This document shows positions 11,587-23,693 of a DNA stretch of 64,000 bases, piece by piece (positions within the stretch are counted from its first letter, which is position 1; every line of letters starts with the position of its first letter). A program made the translations under genes and the position numbers. Where the stretch lies: the NCBI GenBank assembly GCA_036785375.1, contig JAWMAR010000054.1, positions 6,696,001 through 6,760,000 of the forward strand, given 5' to 3'. Under the pieces are notes generated by a model. It saw nothing but the letters and a program-made list of their open reading frames with translations, did not search any database and was not told where the DNA came from. The DNA is from Leucoraja ocellata. Its lineage: Eukaryota.

Positions 11587-14500
11587 ATGTCCCACTCCTG
11601 TCGTCGACCAGACACGTTGGTGTTCAACACAGACATTGTCCATCGCTGGACCGTGTTCCAGCGCGATTTCGAACACTACATTGCCATTGCCCATCCTGAT
11701 GCCACTCCTGCTGTACAGGCTCACCTATTGCTCAACCTCGCGGGACCTGCAGCTATGGATCAGTATGCATCGTTCCATTTCGCCGCCGGAGAGGACCGCA
11801 ACGACCCGGTATGTCTCCTCGCTAAGTTCGCTGCTCTCTGTGATATACCCACCAACAACATCATCGAACGCTTCAAATTCTTCCAGAGGCAGCAGCTGCC
11901 AGGCGAGCCTGTCGGCACTTATATTGCCGCCTTGCATCACCTGGCTCAGCGCTGCCGCCTTGACACAATCACCCCTGACGAATTAATTAGGGACGTCCTG
12001 GTTAATGGTCTCCGAAACGATAGACTGCGTGAGCAGCTCTTAGTGAAACCCGATCTGACACTGCGGGATGCTATGTATGCTGCACGCATGTCCGAAGCCG
12101 TTGGTTCCGTGTCCAGACAGGCTCCCCAGGACATTAACTTCACCGGTCAAGCCGGTCGCCTGACTACACGACGAAACCCCGCGGCTCTCCCCATAAAGGT
12201 CGCCACCTCAACTGTCCCGCGACGCTGCCCCAACTGTTATTTTACAGCACATCCCTCAAACGTTTGCCCCACACAGGTTAAGACCTGTCTTTCCTGTGGC
12301 AAACTCGGCCACTTTTCTGCCGCCTGCCGTTCCCGTGGGAAGCCAGTCCCTGCTCCGAGAAGGAGTCTAAACAACCTCGCCGATCTAAACAACCTTGCAC
12401 TCCCTGATAGCGCTCTGCTTCCTCAGTACGAGCTGGAGGAGCTCCCAGACTCTGATGCACTCCCCCCACAGGAAGATCCAACTATTTTTTCACTCTTGGG
12501 TGCACCTGCTCTGATTACGGATCCCTCTGTGCATGTTACTGTGAACGGCCATTCCTTTTCAGCCAAGGTCGATACTGGCGCTTTCGCCAATGTTATGTCA
12601 ATAAGCCTTTTCAAACAGATCAGATCTGGTGAGAAAGTTCTTCCTGGCGACACCTGCCTCCATGCCTACGGGGGGGGCGTCCTGGTTCCCGTGGGAAAGG
12701 CAACTCTTATCTGCACAGTTCTAGAGACCTCTCGGCCCCTCACTTTCCACCTTCTGGACTCTGACAACGTCACCCTGCTGGGCGCCCGTGCGTGTCAGGA
12801 CTTGGGGCTAGTCTCATTCCACCACAGCATTCACCTGGTGCAGGCCCCCATGGACCCACTGACCGAGTACCCCGACCGCTTTGATGACGTTCTGGGCAAA
12901 CTACCCTGCGACTACAAGATTGTTGTCGACCCCAGCGTCGACCCGGTGATTCGGCCGGCACACCGCGTCTCCTTTGCCATGAAGGGCCGCGTGGAGTCTA
13001 CTCTGCGCGATATGGTGACCATGGGCATCCTCAAGGAGGTGAGCGCTCCCACCAGGTGGGTCTCCACCATGGTCGTCGCAGCCAAGAAGGACAAAAGCGA
13101 AATCCGGATCTGCATCAACCCCAAGGACCTCAACCTTGCCATCAAGCGCCCCCACTACCCCATGCGGACGGTAGAGGACGTTGCTGCACAGGTCGGCCCT
13201 GCAACCGTCTTTTCAGTCCTAGATGCCAAGAGCTCCTTCTGGCAGATCCCTCTGGACGAACGCTCCTCATTCCTCACTACTTTCAGCACTCCCTTCGGCC
13301 GGTTCCGTTTCCTCCGCATGCCGTTTGGGATCAACTCTGCCAGCGAGGTTTTCCAGCGCACCATGGAGCAGCTGTTTGCCGGCTTACCGTGCGCCATCAT
13401 CGTGGATGACATTCTGGTGTACGGGAGGGACGTTGCTGAGCACGACCTGAACCTCCGCAAAGTCCTGGACAGGGCGCGGGTGATAAACCTCAAGCTTAAC
13501 CCGAAGAAATGTCGATTCCGGGTCCCAGAAGTCACTTACGTTGGCCATGTCTTCACGGCAGGGGGTCTCAAGCCCGACCCCCAGAAAACGTCAGCGGTCA
13601 CAGATATGTCCGCTCCTACCGACGTCCCTGGCCTGCAGCGCTTCCTGGGCATGGTCAATTACCTGGGTAAGTTTATACCCGACCTCAGTGAACTGAGTGC
13701 CCCCCTGCGGGAACTAATCAAAATGGACTCTGCGTGGGTCTGGCTCCCGCACCATCAGTCGGCTTTCATGACTCTGAAGTCGAAGCTTGCCGCTACCCCG
13801 ACTTTGAAATTTTTCGACCTGCACCGACCCATTATCCTCACTTGCGATGCCTCCAAGTTTGGTCTCGGTGCCGCTTGTCTGCAGCTCTACGACGGCCTTC
13901 AGCTGCCCGTCTCCTACGCTTCTCGCACCATGACCCCTGCCGAGCAGCGCTACGCCCAGATCGAAAAAGAACTGCTTGCCGTGGTCTTCGCTTGCTCCAA
14001 GTTTAAAGACTACATCCTCGGCAACTCTTTCACCATCGAGACTGACCACCAGCCGTTGGTGACAATCCTGAATAAACCTATCCATGTTGCTTCTTCCCGG
14101 TTGCAGCGCATGATGCTGCAGCTCCAGCGTTTCACGTTCCAGATCGTCTACCGTAAGGGCAAAGACATGTTTGTAGCTGACACCCTTTCTCGTGCTCCGC
14201 TGCCTTCCATTGTCCGCCACCCGTACGAATCCTCCGACCTTCTGGTACTAAACGTCAACATTGTTCCTTCACAGCAGATGCAGTCCCTGGTGCAACACAC
14301 TGCTGATGATTCTGCCCTGCAACAACTTGCGGACGTTATCCGCCGTGGTTGGCCTGACCGTCGCTCCGAACTGCCTGCTGGCGCTGCACCTTATTTCCTC
14401 GTTCGCGATGAACTGGTGCTTCACGCCGGCGTGGTGGTAAAGGGTCACAAAGTCGTGGTGCCTGCCGCACTGCGGGATCATTACTTCCAGGCTGCTCACA

Positions 14501-15810
14501 GCGGCCACCCTGGGGTGGAAGCTACTCTATCCCATGCCCAGAGCCAATTCTACTGGCCAGGTATGGCTCAGGACATCCGTGACAGGGTCTCCGCCTGCGC
14601 TGCCTGCAACACCCTGCACCCCCATCAGCAGCGCCAGCCTCTCCTACAGCCGCCGGCTCCAGAGCTCCCATGGATGGCCGTTGCCACCGACCTCTTTGAG
14701 TGGCGCGGAAAGCACTTCCTGGTCCTGGTGGACTCCTATTCCAGCTGGTTCGAGGTCGACCAGCTGTCCTCCATCACCTCTGCCGCTGTCATCGGGAAGC
14801 TTCGCCGCCACTTCTCCACCTTCGGCTCCCCGGTGACCCACCAGTCCGACAACGGCAGCCAATTCTCCAGCGACGAGCTCAAAACCTTTGCTGCCCGTTG
14901 GAACTTTCACCACATTACCAGCAGCCCCGAGTATCCTCAGAGCAACGGACTTGCTGAGCGGGCCGTACGTAGCGCCAAGGAGCTGCTGGAACACTGCCGC
15001 CTGTTCCGTGCTGATTTCCACCTTGCCCTGCTTAACCTCCGCAACATTTCCCGCGACCCCGCACTCGGTTCCCCTGCGCAGCGCCTTATGTCACGCACCA
15101 CCAGACCTCCCCTGCCGGTCTCCCAGCAGTCCCTTAAGCCCTCAGTACAAAATCCTGCCACTGTCACTGAGCGCATTGTCAAAAAACAGGTGACCCAGAA
15201 GCGCTCCTTCGACAAATCCGCCCGGCTACTTCCACGTCTGCTCCCGGGGCAGGTTGTCCGAATGCAGTCCCCCACTGGCCACTACCGCCTGGCCGTCGTA
15301 GTCGGCGACGCCGGTTCTCCGCGCTCCTACTTCGTCGACTACGAGGGGGCTATCTACCGTCGCTCCCGCCAGCACCTGCTCCTTGTGAATGAGCCCGCTC
15401 TGCCTCCCGCGGATCCTTCTCACCCCCCCATTTCTTCCCGACCTCCCGTTGCCCCTCACGCCCCGACAACACCTCACAACTGTCCGCCCGTTCCCCTGCC
15501 TCGCCTGTCAAGCCGACATCGCCCGCAAAACCCACCTCGCCTGCCAAGCCTCTTTCTCCGCCCACAGCCCCGCGTTCTCCTCCGCCCGCCTCTCCTGCCC
15601 ATCCCCCGGCTGCTGTCCCTTCTGTTCCCGACGATGAGGAGGAGGGCGGTTTACGCACTCGCTCTGGCCGGCTGGTCAGGCCGCCTGTCCGCTACGGGGA
15701 GCTCGCATAGTGTTGTACTGTTGCCGGTGCGGTTGGTGTTCGTAGCGTATGAGCCGTGGTCACTCTGTATAGTACCTGCCATGCTTTTGTTTCTAAGAGG
15801 AAGGATGTAG
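11587..15810 (+). CDS. Gag-Pol polyprotein (gag, zinc knuckles, protease, RT, RNase H, integrase)
   Basis: Stop-free ORF of ~1400 aa from ATG 11587. CLSCGKLGHFSAAC knuckle, protease VDTGA, RT IIVDDILV, RNase H DASKFGLG/TDHQPL, integrase HHCC plus DDE (VDSYS, SDNG, ERAV). The natural C-terminus appears frameshifted near 15475. Confidence 0.93.
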   Translation: MSHSCRRPDTLVFNTDIVHRWTVFQRDFEHYIAIAHPDATPAVQAHLLLNLAGPAAMDQYASFHFAAGEDRNDPVCLLAKFAALCDIPTNNIIERFKFFQRQQLPGEPVGTYIAALHHLAQRCRLDTITPDELIRDVLVNGLRNDRLREQLLVKPDLTLRDAMYAARMSEAVGSVSRQAPQDINFTGQAGRLTTRRNPAALPIKVATSTVPRRCPNCYFTAHPSNVCPTQVKTCLSCGKLGHFSAACRSRGKPVPAPRRSLNNLADLNNLALPDSALLPQYELEELPDSDALPPQEDPTIFSLLGAPALITDPSVHVTVNGHSFSAKVDTGAFANVMSISLFKQIRSGEKVLPGDTCLHAYGGGVLVPVGKATLICTVLETSRPLTFHLLDSDNVTLLGARACQDLGLVSFHHSIHLVQAPMDPLTEYPDRFDDVLGKLPCDYKIVVDPSVDPVIRPAHRVSFAMKGRVESTLRDMVTMGILKEVSAPTRWVSTMVVAAKKDKSEIRICINPKDLNLAIKRPHYPMRTVEDVAAQVGPATVFSVLDAKSSFWQIPLDERSSFLTTFSTPFGRFRFLRMPFGINSASEVFQRTMEQLFAGLPCAIIVDDILVYGRDVAEHDLNLRKVLDRARVINLKLNPKKCRFRVPEVTYVGHVFTAGGLKPDPQKTSAVTDMSAPTDVPGLQRFLGMVNYLGKFIPDLSELSAPLRELIKMDSAWVWLPHHQSAFMTLKSKLAATPTLKFFDLHRPIILTCDASKFGLGAACLQLYDGLQLPVSYASRTMTPAEQRYAQIEKELLAVVFACSKFKDYILGNSFTIETDHQPLVTILNKPIHVASSRLQRMMLQLQRFTFQIVYRKGKDMFVADTLSRAPLPSIVRHPYESSDLLVLNVNIVPSQQMQSLVQHTADDSALQQLADVIRRGWPDRRSELPAGAAPYFLVRDELVLHAGVVVKGHKVVVPAALRDHYFQAAHSGHPGVEATLSHAQSQFYWPGMAQDIRDRVSACAACNTLHPHQQRQPLLQPPAPELPWMAVATDLFEWRGKHFLVLVDSYSSWFEVDQLSSITSAAVIGKLRRHFSTFGSPVTHQSDNGSQFSSDELKTFAARWNFHHITSSPEYPQSNGLAERAVRSAKELLEHCRLFRADFHLALLNLRNISRDPALGSPAQRLMSRTTRPPLPVSQQSLKPSVQNPATVTERIVKKQVTQKRSFDKSARLLPRLLPGQVVRMQSPTGHYRLAVVVGDAGSPRSYFVDYEGAIYRRSRQHLLLVNEPALPPADPSHPPISSRPPVAPHAPTTPHNCPPVPLPRLSSRHRPQNPPRLPSLFLRPQPRVLLRPPLLPIPRLLSLLFPTMRRRAVYALALAGWSGRLSATGSSHSVVLLPVRLVFVAYEPWSLCIVPAMLLFLRGRM

Positions 15811-16012
15811 ATCAGTGCATGTTCCTTTAACCATAGTGACCTCCCGTATTACTAACCACTCCCCATTGTCTCCAGTATAATTGTAGTGTCCCCACCTCTA
15901 GCTCGCTCTCTAGCTCCAGTGATGACCACGGACAGCTACAGCATAGTGCAAAAGAGTAACTTTAATAAACAGTTACAGTAAAAGACTTGTGTGTGCAGTA
16001 AGTCATTTTACA
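15806..16012 (+). repeat. 3' LTR (207 bp)
   Basis: 15884-16012 matches 11368-11496 with one mismatch by eye; TATAA-like box ~15876 and AATAAA ~15964. Confidence 0.93.
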
Positions 16013-19000
16013 GTTTGGTTCCCACTTAAAAATTCAGTGCAGTGATTGCAAATTGAGCAATGGCAGCTCTTCAACAATGGGAGCTAGTCAGAGATGTCCT
16101 TTTTTGTCCAACATTCAACATCATGTAGGAGATTCAAATGTTTCAAAGGTATTTTATTGTCACGTGTACCAATTAAGGTACAGTGATATGCGAATTACCA
16201 TACAGCCATACGAAAAAACAATTGAATCCATAGGGGTGAAATTATATCCACAGGAGGTAGAGTTATTACCAGTCTTGGAATTGGTGAAAGCATTTAGCTG
16301 ATGGATGAGGAGGAACAATAATTGTAACAGGACTAGAAAAAGAGCTGGCACTTATAGGATGAAAAATAATTTTGAACCAAACAGCATTTTAATTAACAAC
16401 TTTCAATTCAATAATGTTAATTATCAATGAACAGCATGAATTTGAAAAAGCCAAGCATGTTTAAATACCAAGATTTCAACTTCACCTCCAAGAAGACATC
16501 AGCTGTTGTAGTAGACTATGGTTAGCAATGGGAACTGCAGAATGATTAACAGTATTTTTGCATGCAGTAGCTAAATCCATGAGGTACACATTCCACATAT
16601 AACTGAAATGTGGACTTCAAGCCAGAAAAAATGTTTGGCAAGCATAAGATCCTGAGGATTTTGTATCTAGAAATCAAACAAATACAAAGAAAAAAATATT
16701 TTATACCAATAAACAAAAGAAAACCAGCATGTTATGGGTGGCACGAACTTCTCAAAATGAATGTTTAATAGTTCAGTAAAAAGGGGAAAAAGAGAAGAAA
16801 TTAAAGGTGTGGTTAGAAAATATCAAGCGATGGATTAACATCATAATATATCCAAGCAACAGCTGTACTTCAGAAGTCAAAGACAACATTTGTTGATATT
16901 TATTACCTACAGAAACAATGGAGAGTTTTCCCAGTTAATGAACCAGGCAAAGAATCCATAGCAGCAATAGTCACTCACCTCCTCTTTCCATATCTTTCTG
17001 CCATGTGCACAATTCAAGTCAGGAGTATGATGAGATATTGAATGAGAGCAATACCCAGGCTTGGCTAATAACATTGCCCAAATGATGCCTGGAGATGGAC
17101 AAAAAATGTTGGTTATAATAACAATACATTTAGGACAAAGCAACCAGTCTGATTAACTCCTCATTGACTGCAATAAATATGCACCAACTCTGCAGTATGC
17201 ATCAACTACAAAATACACTGCAGCAACTCGTCAAGATATTTTCTTTTGCAGCATCTCCTTCTTTATGATCTGTACAATCTGGAAATACAAGGGTAGTGGG
17301 CTCATGAACATAACATCACCTGTAAATCCCCTTCCAAGTTCACACCATTTTAAGTCCAAAATATATTACATTCCTTCTTGGTCGCAGGTGGAAATCCTGA
17401 AGCAACCAGTGAAAGCCATCAGTTGGTCCAGAAGGTGCACAATCTTGCCTTCTCTAAGACAAAAACGATAAGCACCAAATACTGGGTTTGTTCCCATCTA
17501 TGTGGTTTTAATAATAATGACAAGTAGGCTGAGCAGCCAATATGATTCTCACAGACAGCCAAATGGGAAGTAAAGGTTGCTGAGATATTATTGCACAGTT
17601 CTACCATGGAAAAAAATTACGGTACCTAAAGAAACTTTGTTACAAAATATATGATGGGATTTGTTTCTGAAGTAATGTGAAGCAACTCTTTAGGTAAAAG
17701 TAAATTAATGATAATGTGTTTATAAAGCGTGTTCATATTTCATTTAAGTTTTGTGTGCTGTTTTAAGTACTTTGGTCAATGAGTTTTTATTCACGATAAA
17801 TTGTATCTGTATTTAAAAAATGCTAACCAGAATATTGTAAGTTTTGAATGTTGTGATATAACAATAAAATACAATTTCTAATCAAAACAGTCAGAAGAAC
17901 ATTCCACAGTTGTTATTTCTGGATCAGACACCATCATATATAGCAAATGGCAATTCAAAGAGAAATAAATAGATTTGGGTTTGACTGCCATATCACTTTG
18001 AGCACTCCGAATTAAATTGATGCCAACAAATCATCTCAACTGGATGACAGGGATTTTTACAAAACAAAGCTGAAAGGCCTCAACTTTAGTTGTGTTGGCA
18101 AAAATTGGCTGAAATATAAAGATGATAACTCTGAGCAAATTGTTACTAAGATGTTTCAGCAGTAGTGAGAACAATTTGTACAGTAAGTGACAATATGCTG
18201 AAATTCAATCGGGCTGTAAAAGCTCAAGGTAGAAACATTACTCTTGGTTCAGATGTAATAAAAGTTGCCCGGTGTCTTGTGGTTGACATCATGATGCTAA
18301 CAACTAGAAATCGTTTAATTACCAAGCTCTTAGACTCTTAGGATATTGTTGTTTTTCAAGATTTTAAAATTTAAGAATTTACACATTTTTGATGGGTTGT
18401 TTTTCAGAACAAGTAGAGAGATATTAAAAAAGGAATTTGTCTTAGGCATGAAGATTATAATTATATCATCGAATTTATGGATAGGATAACCTTTTTATCT
18501 GTAAATATTCATTCCGTACTGATAACCTGTTATATTAACCTTCAAAGCAGACCAATAATGCTTTTTTGTAAACACTTCTTTGAAGTTTTCATTATTGTGT
18601 TCATAACTACAAAGAATCTGGTTTGTAAGTATATCAAGAAGATTTGATAAGATCATTTCAATTTCTGGGCACATCCATCGGTCCAGTTTTGAAGAAAAAA
18701 GTACATAGATGAAATGATAGTATTGGCATTAGTAACAGTCGAGGTTGATCTGTGTTGTGCTTATTACTGCTGTGGTAACCCAGAGCTTTTAAAACAGCTG
18801 AAGATCAGATAGATCTAAATTCAGTCGGATTGGAATCTATTCTGAGGTTTTTTTTTTAACATCTATATACAACATAGGACAGGTGTCAGACAGCAATCTG
18901 ATACAGTACAACAACCTTCTGCTTCAGAAACATGCAGCTTTATAAACAGTCTGCAGGATCAGATTTAGTTAGGTACATGAATTTATTTATGGGTTGGTTA

Positions 19001-20109
19001 CTGTGAGGTCCAGTGTCATAAATTTAGATTCTCTGGGGCTATCAAAATGTCTCTATCACCAGTGGAAAAAACATTAAAAAAAAACAAATATAGCTATTCC
19101 GTTGGTGTAGTCTATAACTTTTTTCAAGCAAGACTAATGAATTATTAAGACTAGGAAAATCTCAACGTTACTGAGCTATGAAAATTGTGGTCTCTAATGT
19201 TTGGATGCTGTGAGTTGCTGATTTAGATTGAAATGTATCTGTGTGCATGAGTGTATTTTAGCAAGTCACACATCAATGGTGTCATTGTAAAGAAAGCAGC
19301 ATGTGCTCTACTTAGGCACCTTGTGAGTATTCACAACAGAAATCTTGCTATCAACAGTCTTGCAAAATTAGATCTCAACACTTGAATATGGTGTGTTTTC
19401 AAGTTGCACAGAAGACACAATGGTAGGAAGCACTCTACTCCATTCTAAATTTAAAAACAATTATATTTTGACTAGTGTGATGATATTTAGGAATGTGTTC
19501 TGGTCTCCAGACTTCGGCCAAACTCTATTTTCAGACAAGAAGGCCTTAGTGGCTATACCCATTAGTACTATATATAAATGGGGAATATAAGGGACACCAC
19601 GTAGAATTGGGCAACCTGTCAGAAGAGTAGAGGGGAAAATTGGGCCTTTTAAAGGACCAGTTTAATACATGCATCACAGTAAAGACAATGCTTGAGGAAA
19701 CTTAAATTTCTTTTGTAAGAACTGCCACACATAAAGGCACACATAAGGACAAGGGCAAGGCTGGTACACTTATTCCCTTATTCTCAATAGACCTATGCAT
19801 CATGAGCTGTCTGAAGCAATTCATCTGGGATCTCCAGATAAAACTGAAGATGGCTGCAACTGAACCATGTACACCAACACTGAAAGCCTACTTACCTTGC
19901 CTGCCATCGTGAGAATGCACAATTCTCACAGTCCAAATTTCTATTTCACTCGGCTAGTTGCCAGACAATTTTTACCACATGCTCCTCTGAACCAGATTTC
20001 AAGCACCTTCAGGTCAAAGAGTCGTACTTGCCCATGCTGACCAACGACACTAGTCCCACTTGTCCACATTTCCCCCTTGTCCATTTATACTTTTCCTAGC
20101 CATACATCC

Positions 20110-20278
20110 AGACTTGATGGTAAAGGGAACGGAAGATCATTCAGGCCAGTTGCTAATCTACATGGTCTGCAAGGCCTCAAACTGGTCACAGATGCTGATG
20201 AATCTCGAAACTGACCATAGGTCCTGGTAGAAGATGGTGAAGCGAGACCTTGATTTGAGTATCCCCACTGTCTGGCAT
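20110..20278 (-). mobile_element. Old Tx1-like remnant, continuing at ~24290-24500 and split by a CR1 insertion
   Basis: Similar to 8305-8500; the distal part encodes LVSLDKEKAFDIISH (RT motif). Confidence 0.55.
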
Positions 20279-21879
20279 CATCATAGAGTTATAGAGTGAT
20301 ACAGTGTGGAAACACGCCCAACTCGCCCACACCAGCCAACAATGTCCCAGCTACATTAGTCCCACGCCTGCTCTAGGTCCATATCCCTCCAAACCTTGTC
20401 CTATCCATGTACCTGTCTAACTGTTTCCTAAACGATGGGATAGCCCCAGCCTCAACTACCTCCTCTGGCAGCTTTTGTGTGAAAAGGTTACCCTTCAGAT
20501 TTCTATTAAATCTTTTCCACGTCACCTTGAACCTATGTCCTCTGTTCCTCGATTCCCCTACTCCGGGCAAAAGTCTCTACCCGATCTATTCCTCTCATGG
20601 TTTTGTATACCTCTATAAGATATTCCCTCATCCTCCTGCTCTCCATGAAATAGAGACCCAACCTAATCAACCTCTCCCTATAGCTCACACCCTCTATTCC
20701 TGGCAACATCCTCGTAAATCTTTTCTCCCTTTCAAGCTTGACAATATCTTTCCTATAACATGGTGCCCAGAACTGAACACAATATTATAAATGCAGTCTC
20801 ACCAACATCTTATACAACTGCAACATGACCTCCCAACTTCTATACTCAATACTCTGACTGATGAAGGCCAAAGTACCAAAAGCCTTTTTGTCCACCTTAT
20901 GTACCTGCGACTCGACCTTCAGGGAAACGTGTACCTGTACTCCTAGATCCCTCTGCTCTACAACACTTCCCAGAGGCCTACCATTTACTGTGTGGGTCCT
21001 GCCCTTGTTCGACGTCCCAAAATGCAGCACCTCACACTTAGCTGCATTAAATTCCATCAACCATTTCTCCGCCCATCTGGCCAATCGATCCAGATCCTGC
21101 AGCAATCGTTCACGACTATATTCACTATCTGCAAAACCACTAACTTTTATATCATCAGTAAACTTGCTAATCTAGCCCTATATGATCTCACCCAAATCAT
21201 TGATGTAAATGACAAACAGTAACGGACCCAGCACCAAACCCTGAGGCACACCACTAGTCACGGGCCTCCAGTCTGAGAAGCAACCTTCCACTATTACCCT
21301 CTGCTTCCTTCCATGGAGCCAATTTGCTATCCATTCAGCTATCACTCCTTGGATCCCATGCGATATATCCTTCCAGAGCAGACTTTCATGCAGAACCTTG
21401 TCAAACACCTTACTGAAGTCAATGTACACAATATCTACAGCTCTGCCCTCATCAACCTTTTTGGACACGTCTTCAAAAAAATCAATCAGATTTGTGAAGC
21501 ACGACCTCCCACGTACAAAACCATGCTGACTGTCCCTAATTAGCCCTTGCCCATCCAAATGCCTGTCTATCCCATCCCTCAGAATATTCTCCAGTAACTT
21601 ACCAACGACAGATATTAAGCTCACCGGCCTATAGTTCCCAGCATTTTCCCTGCTGCCCTTCTTGAAAAGAGGTACAACATTTGCCACCCTCCAGTCTTCC
21701 GGCAACTCTCCTGTATTTGAGGACGACTCGTAAATTTCAACCAGGGCTCCCGCAATTTCTTCTCTAGTTTCCCACAATGTCCTTGGAAATATCAGATCAG
21801 GCCCTGGAGATTTGCCTACCTTCAAACACGACAGCACCTTCAGTACTTTTTCGACAATATCCCTGACCTCTTTCAAGAC

Positions 21880-22225
21880 ACAATAGACAATCGGTGCAGG
21901 AGTAGGCCATTCGGCCCTTCGAGCCAGCACCACCATTCAATGTGATCATGGCTGATCCCTAAACAGTACCCCGTTCTTGCCTTCTCCCCCATATCCCCTG
22001 ACTCCGTTATCTTTAAGAGCCCGATCTAGCTCTCTCTTGAAAGTATCCAGAGACCCGGCCTCCACCTCTGCCCTCTGAGGCAGAGAATTCCACAGACTCA
22101 CAACTCTCTGTGTGAAGAAGTGTCTCCTGATCTCCGTTCTAAATGGCTTACCCCTTATTCTTAAACTGTGGCCCCTGGTTCTGGACTCCCCCAACATCGG
22201 GAACATGTTTCCTGCCTCTAGCGTG
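21880..22225 (-). mobile_element. HER1-like 3' fragment nested in the CR1
   Basis: TRGHSLRIRGKPFRTEIRRHFFTQRVV plus 3' UTR interrupting the host RT region. Confidence 0.85.
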
Positions 22226-22841
22226 CCCACTCTAACGGGGATGTAAACATCCTGAGCTTTCTTCAATATACTTTTAAAAACATCCCACTTGGCCGATTCC
22301 TTTCCCTGCTAATAACCTGCTTCAGTCAACTTGAGCGAGACCTTCTCTCATACTCTCAAAGTTGGCCTTATCCTAGTTGAGCATTTTAACACATGAACCC
22401 TCTCCATCCCAATCCATAACTATCTTAAACCTAATCGAACTGTGGTCACTGGTCCCAAAAGGCTCCTCCACACACACACTTCATTAACTTGCCCATCCCA
22501 ATTTCCCAACACTAGATCCAGAGTTGCCCTCTCGCGTGTGTGGGTCTCCACATACTGCTTAAGAAAACTCTCCTGAACACTTTTGAGGAATTGCACCTCA
22601 TCTAAACTCTTCACGGTATGATTTTCCCAGTCTATATTGGGAAAGTTAAATTCCCCTACTGCAACAACCTTATTTGCCCTGCAGCTGTCTGCAATCTCCC
22701 GACACATTTATTCTTCTAATTCCCGTTGACTATTCAGGGGTCTGTTGTACACCCCCAACAAGGTGATCATCCCTTTCTTGTTCCTCACTTCCACCCATAT
22801 AGCTTCACTAGATGAACTACCCGTAATGTCACCTCTGAACA

Positions 22842-23693
22842 AGATACAAGATACAAGATACAAGATACATTTAATTGTCATTTGGACCCCTTGAGGTCCA
22901 AACGAAATGCCGTTTCTGCAGCCATACATTACAAACAAATAGACCCAAGACACAACATAATTAACATAAACATCCATCACATTGCTGTGATGGAAGGCCA
23001 AATAAACTTATCTCTCCACTGCACTCTTTCCCCCCCCCCCCCCCCCCATGTCAGAGTCAAAGTCAAAGCCCCCGGCTGGCGATGGCGATTGTCCCGCGGC
23101 CATTAAAGCCACGCCGGGTGGTGCGAGGTTGCACACCGGGTCTTGATGTTAGAGCCCCCGGCGTGCGCTCGCAGAGTCCCGCGGCCATTCCAAGCCACGC
23201 GGGGCAGTGATGTAGGCCCCGCTCCAGGAGCTCTTCAACCCCGCAACTCGGGCGGGGGAAGTCGCCGTTGCGAGAGCCCTGAAAAGCGGTCTCCCTCCAG
23301 GGACCCGCGGGCTCCCGGTGCCGCCGTCCACAGACCTGCCGTTGAAGCCTCCGACTCTCCGGTCGGGCCGCAGCAGCAGCAGCAGCAGCAGCGCTCCTCC
23401 ACTGCTCCACCCGCTCCGGACTCGGCCAGCTCCGCGACGGTGAGGTGAGTCGTCGGCACCAGAGTCCCCGGTCTCTTCCTGTTGGAGGCCGCTCCTCGTT
23501 GCAGCCCCAACGATAACGTAGACCCGACGAGAAAAGGTCGGGTCTCCCGTGCAGGGAGAGATTTAAAAAGTTTCGCCCCTCCCACCCCCCCACACACACA
23601 CCCCAACAAAAAATAACAAAAACTACATAAAAACATAGACAAAAAATAATAAAACGCGGACAGACTGCAGAGGCCGCTGCTGACGAGAGTCGC
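22842..23693 (-). mobile_element. GC-rich SINE-like non-autonomous retroelement with (TGTATCT)n tail
   Basis: Imperfect 10-bp TSD CCTCTGAACA/CCACTGAACA; ends ATGACAATTAAATGTATCTTGTATCTTG like Rex/L2-type tails; interrupts the CR1 endonuclease region. Confidence 0.75.

Larger units (their letters stand above)
11368..16012 (+). mobile_element. Young Gypsy/Ty3 (Mag-like) LTR retrotransposon, 5' LTR truncated
   Basis: 3' LTR 15806-16012 (TGTA...TACA) after PPT AAGAGGAAGGA; partial 5' LTR 11368-11496; PBS TGGTGTCA at 11497 (tRNA-Leu-like); single long gag-pol ORF. Confidence 0.95.

Noticed and set aside
13390-13420. RT active site IIVDD lacking the Y of YxDD
   Set aside because: Same motif in the second provirus and usual for Mag-type elements, so neither a defect nor a novelty.
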